Positions 38,461 through 51,782 are shown, counted from the whole stretch's first letter. The stretch is DNA of 63,756 nucleotides, filler included, from Octopus bimaculoides (GCF_001194135.2; 4 parts of 4 records of this genome joined end to end with filler, not necessarily neighbours in it); one strand, 5' to 3'. Numbers and translations are program-made. The notes: generated by a model not told the origin, from the sequence alone.

Positions 38461-38879
38461 TATTCCTGTAATTCAATCACCAGCCTCCTCCTCCTCCTCG
38501 TCGTCGTCGTCGTCGTCGTTGTTGTTGTTGCTGTCTGGGGCCGCTGTATTTCAGTCTACATTCTTTACATAAACATGTACCATTTGGAATGAGAATGATC
38601 TCGGGATTGAACATTCTACCTTTGATTTGGTTCTTGAACTCTCAGCATTGGGATCTGATGTAAAAGCATTTGGGTTGCTGTTTCTAGCAGGTGAAGATTA
38701 CCTGATTCACATCATCTTGGTTGGCGTTTGTCAGATGACATCAGAGATCAAGGGGCAGATAAATGACATTCGCTTCGTTAATTTTACGTCGAGATAAGAA
38801 CTTTGGGACAAATTAGCCAACAATTGGAATTCAACTTGGTACTGGGACAATAGAATGATTGTATTACAGAATTAATTCT

Positions 38880-39480
38880 CATCCGTCCTTAACCTCTGAT
38901 CAAACATCCCCGGGGCATATAGTCATTGCAAACCTATTATAGTCATGGTATTTAACTCTCTTTAGGTGTGGTCTCAGGCCCAATTAGCCCTTTGCAGGAG
39001 CTATTATATTCGTAAGCCCTTGTGTTTTAGCGATGTATTTGCATGTTTGTTTTCCTTTAACGATCTCTAATGTAACTCTTATTATAGTGATTATTCATTT
39101 CTTCAGGCCTCACATTCGACTTGTCTCTTTTTCCACATCTTTGTAATTCGAGAGTTTCCCCGTTGTTCAGCGATACATTGTCATCTGTTGGGACTAATAT
39201 GTCGATTAGAAGGCATTTCCTTTCTTGATGGTCCCTGATAACAATATCTGGTAAATGGTTTTGATCTCTCTATCTGTGTATTGGTATGTTCCGGCGTATG
39301 GCAGCGTTGTTATTTTCTGAGACCTTTTTAGGGTATGCATATATAATCTTTTATCTGTTGCCATTCCGTAGTACTGGCACAGCTTTCACTGTATATAAGT
39401 CTCAACTATATCAAGTCTGTTGGTTTATTTCTTCTTAGCCAGGAGTGAGTATTCTGAAACAATATGATTCATTGTTTCTT
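38880..39480 (-). mobile_element. R4/Dong-clade 3' fragment, RLE domain (copy 2)
   Basis: Minus strand NHIVSEYSLLAKK and PDIVIRDHQERKCLLIDILVPTDDNVSL..EKLSNYKDVEKE, the PD..D/E..K endonuclease motif. Confidence 0.82.
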
Positions 39481-39519
39481 TCCCATCACCACATATTTTG
39501 ATGAAATTACTTATCGTAT

Positions 39520-39668
39520 CTTCTTCTTCTTCTTCTTCTTCTTCTTCTTCTTCTTCTTCTTCTTCTTCTTCTTCTTCTTCTCCTCCTCCTTCTTCTTCGT
39601 CTTCTTCTTCTTCTTCTTCTTCTTCTTCTTCTTCTTCTTCTTCTTCTTCTTCTTCTTCTTCTTCTTCT
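39520..39668. repeat. (CTT)n microsatellite
   Basis: Directly visible, lies between R4 copies 2 and 3. Confidence 0.98.
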
Positions 39669-39804
39669 CGTCATCATCGTCATTATTTACTTTTAATCTG
39701 CATGTTTGTTATAATCACTTGCCGAGACACACCCAGCGTCCTAGGGCTAGTGAAGGATAAGAGATGTTACAGAATATAAAAAGGAGCAAATTAGTCACTC
39801 AATT

Positions 39805-39844
39805 ATCATCATCATCATCATCATCATTATTATTATTATTATTA

Positions 39845-39905
<61 letters not shown>
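39805..39905. repeat. (ATC)n/(ATT)n microsatellite at the 3' end of R4 copy 3
   Basis: Directly visible; reads (TAA)n on the element strand. Confidence 0.97.
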
Positions 39906-39906
<1 letters not shown>

Positions 39907-42085
39907 GACGTCACACAGTATACAATATTGTGAGGTTGTTGATTGAAGATATTGTGTCTACCGGTTGTTTGTACTGTTTGTCAAGTCACATCTATGACCT
40001 CAGACGGACAGTACTTTACGCAATATTCGTGCAGTTCCAAGTAATGCCGACTTTTGCAATACATCTAGATTGTAGGTTATCCCTAAGGTTTTTTTTCAGA
40101 TAGGTTGGTATTGAATCCAATGCTCTGATGACGACAGGGATAACCTTTATGTTTGTCTCTCGTAGCTGCCACAACTTAGCGATCACAATTCTCAGGTCTC
40201 CATATTTATCGACTTTTTCTCTTTCTTTCATGATGATGTGTTGATCTCCTGGCACTGCTACGTAGATTATTAGGCACTCTTGTTTGTCCTTCCTAAAAGT
40301 TACTAAATCCAGCCTTCGGTGCTCTAACGCTTTGTCTGTCTGGAAATCAAAGGACTTTCGCCTTCCTGTTTTCATCTATTACCTTTTCTGGTGTATGTTA
40401 TTACCAAACACCTGTAACTTCATATCCATAGTTTCCATTGGAGTTTTTGGGCTACTATGTCGTGTCTACGCTTGTACTCTTTCTGCGCAAGACTTTCACA
40501 AGCACTAACAATGTGAGTCGATCTTTCAGCCCTCTTCCCACACATTCTGCAGAGGTTCAATGCACTTGTGTTGTATATATATTTTTTCAATGCCTTTTCC
40601 TGGTCCGCAATGATTAGGCTTTCAGTATTCTGTTTTAGGTCAACCTTTTTGAGCCACCTCCATAATGCTTTCGGGCCTTTTAATTTACTGGTTTCACGGT
40701 GGAACTAACCATATAATTCCATACGGAGTATTGTTTCTTTTCTCTCGTTGGCTGTTCGTGTTAAAATTTCATAAGTACTCACAAGTCCATTTTGTTAACT
40801 CCTTCTGCACTAGCAGCATACTGTATCCGGTCTTCTTTGCAGTTTAACAAATATTCTGCCATGTTTCTTCTTTCACTGTTGATGCACTCCCGCATGCTAA
40901 TCAGGCCACATCCATCCTTACTTCTCTTCATATAGAGCCTGTGTACATTTCCCTTAGGGTGGAGAGCACCATGCTTTGTCGTTGTCTGTCGGGTAGGTCA
41001 ATCTCCGTTTGTGTCCATGTTAGGATGGGTGCACTATAGCGGACTACAGCAACAGCCGATATGTTGATGGCAGTCACAAGGTTCCTTGAGTTGAGCGTTG
41101 ATTTCAAAGAGACATTTGAGGCACTAACGACCTTGTTTTCATTTCTCTGTGAAAGATATTGTCCATCTCCAGGTTCCCAAGGTACTTGTACCCATCATCA
41201 TCCGGGTCTTCCATTCTCTCTCCGTTTGGCAATTCTATGCCTCTGCAATTTGTCCTTTTCCCCCGCTTCAAAGGTAAACTTCGAGATACTGAATTACATC
41301 CCTATATCCTTGCTGTACATTTGCACAGTCTCAACCACCTCTCCATTTCAGGATCTGTTTTCCGAACAGTTTTAAATCATCCATGAAGAGAAGGTGGTTG
41401 ACACGAGGTCTGTTCTTTCTCAGCTCATAGTGCACGTTGATATTACATAAGACTACAGAAAGTGGGATCAAAGCTATAACAACTACCAGAGGTGAACAAG
41501 AGTCTCCTTGGAAGACACCTCTTTCGATTGTTACCTCAGCTAAGTGCTGGTTGTTTCTGGAAAACGCGTTTCCCAACTCAGCATGCTGTTCTTAATCAGT
41601 GCACATACGTTCGCAAAAATCCACGAATGCGACAAGTTCCAAAATCGATGAATGCGACAACATGTAAGGTCATGCATAAGTATTTTGGTACTGCTTACAG
41701 TTCCTCATAATAACCTTGTCTATCACAAGGAGTTCCTTGATGTCCTTGGATTCTTTTCGGCATCCCTTTTGTTCTAGTGGCAGAAGATTGTTTTCCGGAA
41801 GGAACGTATATATTTTCCCTGTGACTGTACCTGTTAATACTTTCCATAGGAGGTTAAGAAAAGCAATGGGTCAGTAATTGCCAACCCCATTTCCCTTTCA
41901 CCGATCTTTCATTAACAATGTTGTTCTTCCCTCTACCATCCACTCCGGAATTGTGCCACTCTGTAGGCAATTGTCTAATTGCAACGCAGTTATCTTGAGC
42001 ATTGACCTAAACCACTTACGCCAGTAGCCTTAAATTCCGTCTGATCCAGTCGCTTTGGCAGTTTTGATATCTGTGGAATGACATC
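39906..42085 (-). mobile_element. R4/Dong-clade RLE non-LTR retrotransposon, 5'-truncated (copy 3, best preserved)
   Basis: KATGSDGI*GYW, RGVFQGDSCSPLVVVIALIPLS, NHLLFMDDLKLFGK, LCRMCGKRAERSTHIVSACESLAQKEYKRRHD (CCHC, 40460-40556), FDFQTDKALEHRRLDLV..CLIIYVAVPGD..KEREKVDKYGDL, LQKSALLGTARILRKVLSV*, then a short 3' UTR and (TAA)n. Confidence 0.93.
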
Positions 42086-42565
42086 TATTATAGGTTTCTA
42101 TTTAATTCCGGCTTATATTTTCGATTTATATACTTGAGTTTATTTAGTCGCACTTCCCATTATAGCAATTTGCTAATTGGATCTCAACACAAGTACGACT
42201 AACTAAAGAAGCCTCTTTTATTGAAAACTATAAGTTGGAATTAAGTATAAACCCATATTGAAAGTTAAAGATGTATCCCGACTATTGAAAAAATCAAATG
42301 TAGGCCAATATAAAAATTACAGATTTATCTCCTATCTACTGTCAAATACCTTTGCTACCAATTATTCCCCCTAGCAAACAAATTGTCTAATCCAGAAACA
42401 CATCCAAAACTCATAATTTGAAAAGCGATAACGAAACCGGTTATAATGTTGAAAGAAAAAAAATCTTATTTTGTATAATATTGAATAATACTCTTACTAG
42501 TATGATTCTAATATATTCTTTAGTCTTGTAAAACAAATCTGTGTTTTTTCATCTTATTTCTTTAC

Positions 42566-42612
<47 letters not shown>

Positions 42613-45269
42613 CATAGAAAGAGAGAGTGAGTGAATGAGAGAGAGATGGGTGTCTTATTATAATGCGTAAGTATGCATGTAGTGATACTCTGGAGGAAAT
42701 AAGGATGATGCTATTTTAGTTTGAAACCCACCTCTCCGATATAATCCGTATTGATGCGTCTAAATTCTTCGAGGTCATGTTTACTCAATGAATATTTCGT
42801 CTCAGCATTCAGTATATCTACTTAGTTATTATCACTCCATCCATATGTGCTATTTGAACTATATTATATTTGTAATCTCCATGTCTATATCAAGTTAGCT
42901 AAATATTTATTTCTGCGGCAATGCATCAGATAGTAAATTCCGTCCTTCTAGAGATTTATTTAATAATCCGAGATTATGCAAGATATGTGATAGTGAAAGA
43001 CCAAGATTTGCCTATTAAGCTAAAAAGTAATGCTCGGTTTTCTACTAGATCATTGCCTTTTTACTGATATATTTATTTACAATACCATACAACAGAAAAT
43101 GTCAAATTTAGATTAAATCCATAATGTAACATACAATCTCTTTTACAGAAAATAGAGTTAAAGGTAATGGAACCTTTTCACATCCAAAGAAGGGAGCATG
43201 TTTTTTTAATGTGGGTCCAACAGAGGGAGACTCAACGGAGGTAGGCTCTTTAACTTATCTGTAGGGATTTTCTCCAAAAGTAGATATCGATTACAATAAT
43301 AGAATTGATAACCCTAAATTTTATCTTTCTACAATATAACAATATTGTTTAAATCATTCACCTATAGTACTCCATGATAACATTTCCCCTGTGTTATCAG
43401 CATTGATTTAAATAGCGTCTTGCTCCTTTAACTGGTAATTAACATCTTGATTTAAGGTCTTCCTTTACCAGTTACTTTACACTACTTCAAAATAATCTTG
43501 ACAAGTTTTATCACTATACCCACTATGATTCTGTCAACTCCCTCAGTCCCTTTCTGAACGGACATTGTTGTCTAGTCTTAGATTTTGATATACAAACATT
43601 TGATAAACACGAGCATGAATTTAAAACCGACCCAAAATCAGTGACAAGCTAGGACCCTAACAAGTTTTTGTTTTCCCTGATGTCTTAGAAACTTCTAAGC
43701 TGAAGTGAAAACAGACTTCTTACCCTCTTAGAGGATTAAGCAAAATTATACAAATGTGTCCGACTGATTAAATTAATTGTATTTATTTATTTATGCAGGT
43801 GAGGATAGTGCTGCATTTAAATTGATGTAATCATTGCATTGTTCAATTAATTGGACTCGCTTAAAACGGTCGTGCTGCATCACCTATGGATATTCTGTGG
43901 CTTATTTTAATATATGTGTATATATATATATATATATATNNNNNNNNNNNNNNNNNNNNNNNNNNNNNNNNNNNNNNNNNNNNNNNNNNNNNNNNNNNNN
44001 NNNNNNNNNNNNNNNNNNNNNNNNNNNNNNNNNNNNNNNNNNNNNNNNNNNNNNNNNNNNNNNNNNNNNNNNNNNNNNNNNNNNNNNNNNNNNNNNNNNN
44101 NNNNNNNNNNNNNNNNNNNNNNNNNNNNNNNNNNNNNNNNNNNNNNNNNNNNNNNNNNNNNNNNNNNNNNNNNNNNNNNNNNNNNNNNNNNNNNNNNNNN
44201 NNNNNNNNNNNNNNNNNNNNNNNNNNNNNNNNNNNNNNNNNNNNNNNNNNNNNNNNNNNNNNNNNNNNNNNNNNNNNNNNNNNNNNNNNNNNNNNNNNNN
44301 NNNNNNNNNNNNNNNNNNNNNNNNNNNNNNNNNNNNNNNNNNNNNNNNNNNNNNNNNNNNNNNNNNNNNNNNNNNNNNNNNNNNNNNNNNNNNNNNNNNN
44401 NNNNNNNNNNNNNNNNNNNNNNNNNNNNNNNNNNNNNNNNNNNNNNNNNNNNNNNNNNNNNNNNNNNNNNNNNNNNNNNNNNNNNNNNNNNNNNNNNNNN
44501 NNNNNNNNNNNNNNNNNNNNNNNNNNNNNNNNNNNNNNNNNNNNNNNNNNNNNNNNNNNNNNNNNNNNNNNNNNNNNNNNNNNNNNNNNNNNNNNNNNNN
44601 NNNNNNNNNNNNNNNNNNNNNNNNNNNNNNNNNNNNNNNNNNNNNNNNNNNNNNNNNNNNNNNNNNNNNNNNNNNNNNNNNNNNNNNNNNNNNNNNNNNN
44701 NNNNNNNNNNNNNNNNNNNNNNNNNNNNNNNNNNNNNNNNNNNNNNNNNNNNNNNNNNNNNNNNNNNNNNNNNNNNNNNNNNNNNNNNNNNNNNNNNNNN
44801 NNNNNNNNNNNNNNNNNNNNNNNNNNNNNNNNNNNNNNNNNNNNTTACCGTCTGTAGTTTTACTGTAGTTCCTGAAGAGATGTGTTTTGTCTTTTATTTT
44901 TCCCAATTTTACATTGATGTTTCGTAGGTGTACGCTGTGAATGAAACACTTCTTGTATGTGCATTACATCACACTGTGCAATTTGTATAAAGTGCAGCGT
45001 CTTTTGCTAAATATCAACAAAGAGACAAATAGCCAGTCAAGTGACGGCAGAGTGTTGCAATACACTTTCGCCTGGACATATTTCTTGCTTGAAAGTAATG
45101 TACATTTGTCTAACTTGCATAATTCAGGCAGTAATTACGTATAAACTCCATTAAATTATTTCACCTAAAAACAATCTTTTTTATTGTGTTGCATCATTGG
45201 GTTCAGCATTAGCGAATGTATACAATCTGCTGAGTGTCATGTTAAATTCTAGAATCATCTTCCTTCATA

Positions 45270-45668
45270 GGCGCAGGAATGGCTGTGTGGTAAGTAGCTT
45301 GCTTACCAACCACATGGTTCCGGGTTCAGTCCCACTGTGTGACACCTTGGGCAAGTGTCTTCTACTATAGCCTTGTGAGTGGATTTGGTAGACGGAAACT
45401 GAAAGAAGCCTGTCGTATATATGTATATATATGTGTGTGTGTGTGTGTGTTTGTGTGTGTGTGTTTGTCCTCCTAGCATTGCTTGACAACCGATGCTGGT
45501 GTGTTTATGTCCCCGTCACTTAGCGGTTCGGCAAAAGTGACCGACAGATTAAGTACTGGGCTTACAAAGAATAAGTCCCGGGGTTGTTTTGCTCAACTAA
45601 AAGCGGTTCTCCAGCATGGCTGCAGTCATACGACTGAAACAAGTGAAAGAGTAAAAAGAATAAAAGAG
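45270..45668 (+). mobile_element. SINE family A, full length
   Basis: GGCGCAGGAATGGCTGTGTGGTAAG head, B box GGGTTCAGTCCC, core CACCTTGGGCAAGTGTCTTCT, internal (TA)(TG) tract, tail ending AAAAGAATAAAAGAG. Confidence 0.93.
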
Positions 45669-46004
45669 TATTTGTCTGCCTTTTCTTCTGGTTCTTTGGT
45701 TTCAATCTGCATATTTGGGAGATAGCTAATGTTTACGAGGCACCCTGTTTTAAATCAATCAAACGTATTATTTAATCATATTTTGTTAATGTTTTCAGTT
45801 ATTGGACTGTATTCATTCTGAGATACAGCATTTAAGTATTTATTTCACTATTCTCGTAAAATGAAAAAAAAAATCTTCCCTAAGAGGAGAGGAATATTGA
45901 ACAATATTTCTGCTCGAATGTATTCATTTCATACATATCTGATATAAACAATCATATAAGACCAACTTGGAATAGTTTCCATTTATGATATATAACTCAA
46001 ACAA

Positions 46005-46090
46005 GTATTTGTCGACCCGAGGCTATAGTAGAAGAGATTTATATACGTTGGCGGGCAGTGGGGTCGAACTTGTAATCCCGTATTTACAAA
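46005..46090 (-). mobile_element. SINE family A fragment
   Basis: GTCGACCCGAGGCTATAGTAGAAGA...CAGTGGGGTCGAAC matches the reverse strand of the head. Confidence 0.55.
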
Positions 46091-46805
46091 GGAAACATTA
46101 GGATCACACTTCAACAGTTTAGCACCTAGGCACAGTAGTTGAGACGCATGTCTTATACTGCGGAAAATCCACTGATGACGATTAGATTAAATAGACAGTC
46201 TTGTATCCAGCGAGTTTCCGGGTGTGGAGCACACAGAGAATGCGTCAAAAATTGATGTGAAAACATAACAAAGAAACAGATAAAGAGATCGACTTTCTCT
46301 ACAGAGAGAAGAGATAGTTAGAAATACTTTTTTCTCAAATGGGAAGTTGGATTTTAATACTGAAAGGCTGTTGTGAAATCTAAAATGTGAACATTTCGGT
46401 TTTTCTTTATAAGTATAACATAGAGCGTTCATGTGTGCATAAGACCTTTGACATAATCCATGAATCTGCTGGTTGTCTTTAACATACTCTTTATGGAGTA
46501 TTCGATTGAGTATCTGTGGAATTGAATATTTGTATATCCCCTAACACAGTCGGTTGTGTATGTGGTCAGGGGAAAATATTTCACCACCCAATCACTGCAT
46601 AGATGTGTTGTTCAGTGACTACCAACTTTTTGTTAGAATGGTACGGTGGTTTATTTTCCATTTCGAATAATGTCCCTGTGTTCACTCGAAGGATAAGAAA
46701 ACATTGAGAGAACATACAGTAATATAATGGCAAACACAGCAAAGATCAAGAACCAAATCAGAATATGGAACAATACTTACATAGATATAGAAATATCTAT
46801 ATTTG

Positions 46806-46837
<32 letters not shown>

Positions 46838-46964
46838 CACGTACGCGCACGCACACACATTTAACTTTATGGCTGTACGTCTGTTGGTGTTTGTTCGATC
46901 ACTTGCAAATCAATTACATGCTTGGCATTTAATAACCTTTGATTATTCAGTCAATGCTAGAGAA

Positions 46965-46977
46965 AGGTCAGAGGTCA
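46965..46977 (+). promoter_or_regulatory. Perfect DR1 nuclear receptor response element AGGTCAgAGGTCA
   Basis: Exact direct repeat of the consensus half-site with a 1 nt spacer, in apparently non-repetitive sequence. Function is untested. Confidence 0.4.
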
Positions 46978-47476
46978 TAGTAAGACAGCCACGATATATG
47001 ATCAAAACATTTACCTCATTATATTGCTGTCAATACTTCAGTGTTAGGACTGCGACTGAACTTTTCTCAACATTACGGTTCGATGCCTTTGTCTCTGTAG
47101 TTCTTAACAGTTTAGAAAACAAGACACAGAGAAAGATAAAGATTACAACGAACAATGAATGTTGAAAAGACAATATCATCTCGAAGAAGTATAACAGACA
47201 AATGAAATAGCATTGCTTGTTGTCTCTAAACTAGAATCGTTAATATCGTTTGCAAAAACCAGCAAACGTAATCAATGAGAAATCTTATACCAGATTGTAT
47301 GAGATCATATTCAACATAGTGATAAACAGTATATAAACAATTGTTGCAGATTTTATTTACATTCCCCCACTGGCCAACTCTGTCTGTTTTTCTGTCTCGC
47401 CGACTACGATACCGCTACCTTTTCTCTTTAATACACAATCACATGCACACACATGTATGTGTATGTGCGTGCGTGC

Positions 47477-47507
<31 letters not shown>

Positions 47508-47599
47508 TGTATGTATGTATTCATGCACTCATGCATGTTCGTATGCATGTAAGTATCTATGGATGAATGTTCGTATGTATCAGGTCGTTCTTGAGCGCT

Positions 47600-48135
47600 A
47601 CTGGCAATATGTAACTCAGTACTATCTGTTGCATGGTCGGGACGTCGGCGACTAAACTGGTTACACCAGCAAGCTTGCTGGGTGGGTACGGTGGTTTCTT
47701 GAAACTTTGCGGGATGAAAAGCCAGATCCGTCAAAGCATAGCTGAACTCGGAAGAGTGAACAGGTGGCCGGTTAAGCCACCACGACTGAGGGACCCCAAG
47801 CTGCTGCCATAGTACCCTTCACAGAGAAGGAATCTCTGACCCTACTATATCGTGACGGGATATCACTAGCTACTAATCAAGGCGGCTCAGAGAGTGATAA
47901 TCGTGTCGTATATGCGTTTTTTACTATAATCCTGTGACGTACAGATGCATTTTCACTTATAGCGACGTCCTATAGCAATAAAAATGTGATGGCATGTATT
48001 GACTTAACCAGCTGGAAGCGCACAGTTATAGAGATCTGCAAGGGAATTGAAAAGTTTGCTGAGAGGTCATGGGCAGAAGGTCAGTTTATACCATTGACGA
48101 CGAGTAAGCGTAAAGAGAAGGCATTCATCTAAGAT
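47600..48135 (+). mobile_element. RTE-like LINE 5' end (GC-rich 5' UTR plus start of APE domain), degenerate
   Basis: AGAGAAGGAATCTCTGA resembles a 5' UTR motif I recall from RTE elements. Downstream NV..., PAGSAQL*RSARELK (cf. AGKLAQVAREL) and ERSWAEGQ (cf. ETRW.G.G) appear in the expected order. Confidence 0.4.
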
Positions 48136-48147
48136 AGAGCAACCATC

Positions 48148-48180
<33 letters not shown>

Positions 48181-48866
48181 TGTATGTATGTATGCATGTA
48201 TGTATGTGTAGAGAGATATGCGTTGTGCGTGGATTTATGTTTCTTTATTATTTACAGCCTGAATGATCATACACAGTGAGACACCTTGAATAATCAGCAG
48301 CTTGTGAATAAAGAAACTCTAGTGTGTGTATTGAGTGCGTTGTCTCTCGTTTGTACTCGCTTATAGATGTGTATATGTGTATACATACAAAATTATTTAC
48401 AAACATGTATGTATGTGTGTGTATATGTGTGTATATGTATTTATGCATGTATATATGTAACCATTTACTTAGCTAGCTAACTAGCAAACACCTTCTACCA
48501 TCTAGCTATCAGTTTCTATCGTCTGCTTTCACTTTTTTCTTTGTACATTGTTATTTAATGCCTCTTCACTCTTCCTTTGAGTTCGACTTTCTGTCAGTGT
48601 GTTTTTCGCCCTGTTTTTATATGTTCCTCCATTTTTTCGCATTTTCTTTTTCATCTTGTTAAAACAACAAAAGAAATCATCTCAACGAAATCACTATTTT
48701 ACTCTCATTCACGCTCCATTGTCAATTCTCTCTATCTGAAATATTATGCGTTGTTGTTACTCTCTTATTATTTTTCTTTTCGTCAGTTTTTTTCCTCTCT
48801 CCTATATTCTTTCCTTTTAACACGATGAAAATTTTAAAAAAACTAAAACAGTAAGAGAGAACGAAA

Positions 48867-48869
<3 letters not shown>

Positions 48870-48948
<79 letters not shown>

Positions 48949-48955
48949 TAATAAA
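48870..48955. repeat. (AAT)n microsatellite
   Basis: Directly visible. Confidence 0.98.
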
Positions 48956-49770
48956 AACAATTAAAAACAGTACATCTCAAAAGAAAGCTAGAGGGGAAAG
49001 TAGAAAACTTCCAGTAAATATTTGTCCTCTCACTGACTGTTTGCAGCAGACGATGAAAACGATATGTAGCGTGGTTTCCGATCTTAACACATTTTTCACG
49101 TCACTTCCGTAATTTCAAAACAATCTTATTTTGTACTTCGGCAATGAAAATTAGTTCAGACTCATCACTTGTCTTTCTTTGATTCGTTCGATTTTTTTTT
49201 GTTCTTCTTTGCATTTGTTTTTTCGTTATCTTTTTGTTTTGTTTTTGTTTTGTTTTATTACTCATTCTTTTGACATTTACCTTCTCTTCTCCATACTGTT
49301 TGTGTTGCATTCTCTGACACTCTCTCTCACTCTCAATCTCTCTCCCTCGCTCTTTCTCCCTCGCTCTCGCTCTCTCTTACACATACACACACACACATGT
49401 AGATACACACATATACACGCACACCAACACAGATTTCTCATTCCTTATATTTCTTAGTATTTTACGTTTTATTCCTCTCGTATTATTTTGGTCTTCATGT
49501 ATTATCTCTCTCTCTTTATCTCTAAATCTGTCTCACTTTCTCTGTCTGTCTGGCCGTCTGTCAGTCTCTGCCCCCCCTCTCTCTCTCAGTAACTACCTCT
49601 GTCTGTCATTTCCTCTTTCTGCTTCTTTATGCATTGTTTGTTCCTCTCTCTATTCCATTCTTCTCTTTATCACTTCGTTTATTATTGATTTCAGTCATGT
49701 AAAGATATANNNNNNNNNNGTATGTATGTATATAATATATATACATATTCACGCACACATACAGACAAAA

Positions 49771-49816
<46 letters not shown>

Positions 49817-50199
49817 TGCACACACACAAAACTTTCTTTGCTTTAACTTCCTTGCCTATGATGCTCTCAGAAAGTTCTCTCGCTCTCATTTGGTTTTCTT
49901 TTCTCTGTATCTACACACTACCACATTACTTCACTCTACTTGAACTTTCGTTCTTTCTTTTCTTTCCCTGTCGGTTATTTACGACTGATACTGAAATGCA
50001 GTTTTTAACCAAGAAAATTTCTGTAGATGCTAACTTATATTGAATTCTCTATCAGTTACATTACTAAGTAGTGGATCCTGTAAAAATGCACTTGTATTTG
50101 TGCGTCAAAGTGCATGACTCTCACACATTTTTATATACATGTGTGTAGTGGTATACTCGCAAACATATCTATAAACCACATACATGTTGATGTAAGTGC

Positions 50200-50231
<32 letters not shown>

Positions 50232-51029
50232 NNNNNNNNNNNNNNNNNNNNNNNNNNNNNNNNNNNNNNNNNNNNNNNNNNNNNNNNNNNNNNNNNNNNN
50301 NNNNNNNNNNNNNNNNNNNNNNNNNNNNNNNNNNNNNNNNNNNNNNNNNNNNNNNNNNNNNNNNNNNNNNNNNNNNNNNNNNNNNNNNNNNNNNNNNNNN
50401 NNNNNNNNNNNNNNNNNNNNNNNNNNNNNNNNNNNNNNNNNNNNNNNNNNNNNNNNNNNNNNNNNNNNNNNNNNNNNNNNNNNNNNNNNNNNNNNNNNNN
50501 NNNNNNNNNNNNNNNNNNNNNNNNNNNNNNNNNNNNNNNNNNNNNNNNNNNNNNNNNNNNNNNNNNNNNNNNNNNNNNNNNNNNNNNNNNNNNNNNNNNN
50601 NNNNNNNNNNNNNNNNNNNNNNNNNNNNNNNNNNNNNNNNNNNNNNNNNNNNNNNNNNNNNNNNNNNNNNNNNNNNNNNNNNNNNNNNNNNNNNNNNNNN
50701 NNNNNNNNNNNNNNNNNNNNNNNNNNNNNNNNNNNNNNNNNNNNNNNNNNNNNNNNNNNNNNNNNNNNNNNNNNNNNNNNNNNNNNNNNNNNNNNNNNNN
50801 NNNNNNNNNNNNNNNNNNNNNNNNNNNNNNNNNNNNNNNNNNNNNNNNNNNNNNNNNNNNNNNNNNNNNNNNNNNNNNNNNNNNNNNNNNNNNNNNNNNN
50901 NNNNNNNNNNNNNNNNNNNNNNNNNNNNNNNNNNNNNNNNNNNNNNNNNNNNNNNNNNNNNNNNNNNNNNNNNNNNNNNNNNNNNNNNNNNNNNNNNNNN
51001 NNNNNNNNNNNNNNNNNNNNNNNNNNNNN

Positions 51030-51065
<36 letters not shown>

Positions 51066-51722
51066 GTGTGTGTGTTTGTTCTATCAAGATGGATTGTCAA
51101 AAACGGGATAGCGGTTGAAACTACAACGAGGTCAACTTGCAATTTCATTCTTCCGATGAATATATAATATGTACCTGTCAAATATTGGGATCGATTAAAT
51201 AGATAGATTACACTCTAGTAAAAATCCATATATGTCCTGTTGTAGCAGACATCCAAACTTGTCATTTCTCAATGTTCTAGGTATATATTGTTTCTTGAAT
51301 TAGTGATCGATTCTGTAATTGAGAACTAATGAAGGTAAAAATGTAATTTTCAAATGATAATCAAGCCAGATATGTGAGCAACGAAAATAATTTTCTATAA
51401 TAGATTTTAGAAACTTTGAATTATTTATTAGAATTTCATGTCAACATAACTTTGTTGCAATAAAAAGAATTAAATTCAATACAAATTATTGTTATATTGA
51501 TTAGTTACTTAGGCCTCATTGTATGGTTAAAATTGTCGCTTAACGACTACATGTTTCCAGTTTGATCACACTGTTGGCACCTTAGGAAAACGTTCTCAAA
51601 AGAGCAGCGCAATTGGAGTCTAGTAGACAGAGACTGTGTGGGAGACTATCGTTCAAATCTCTCCGAAGTTAACTTAGGATACCAGCTTTTTTATATTCCG
51701 AGGGCCAAACAAATGCGGCGGC

Positions 51723-51782
<60 letters not shown>

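Noticed and set aside
42130-43750. Possible very old Penelope RT on the minus strand
   Set aside because: Only faint motif echoes (for example INADNTG for the IKPADKG-type motif); too degraded to support.
43780-43806. T-rich tract followed by CAG|GTGAG as a recursive splice site
   Set aside because: An 8-mer of this kind is expected about once per window by chance, and no host gene is established.
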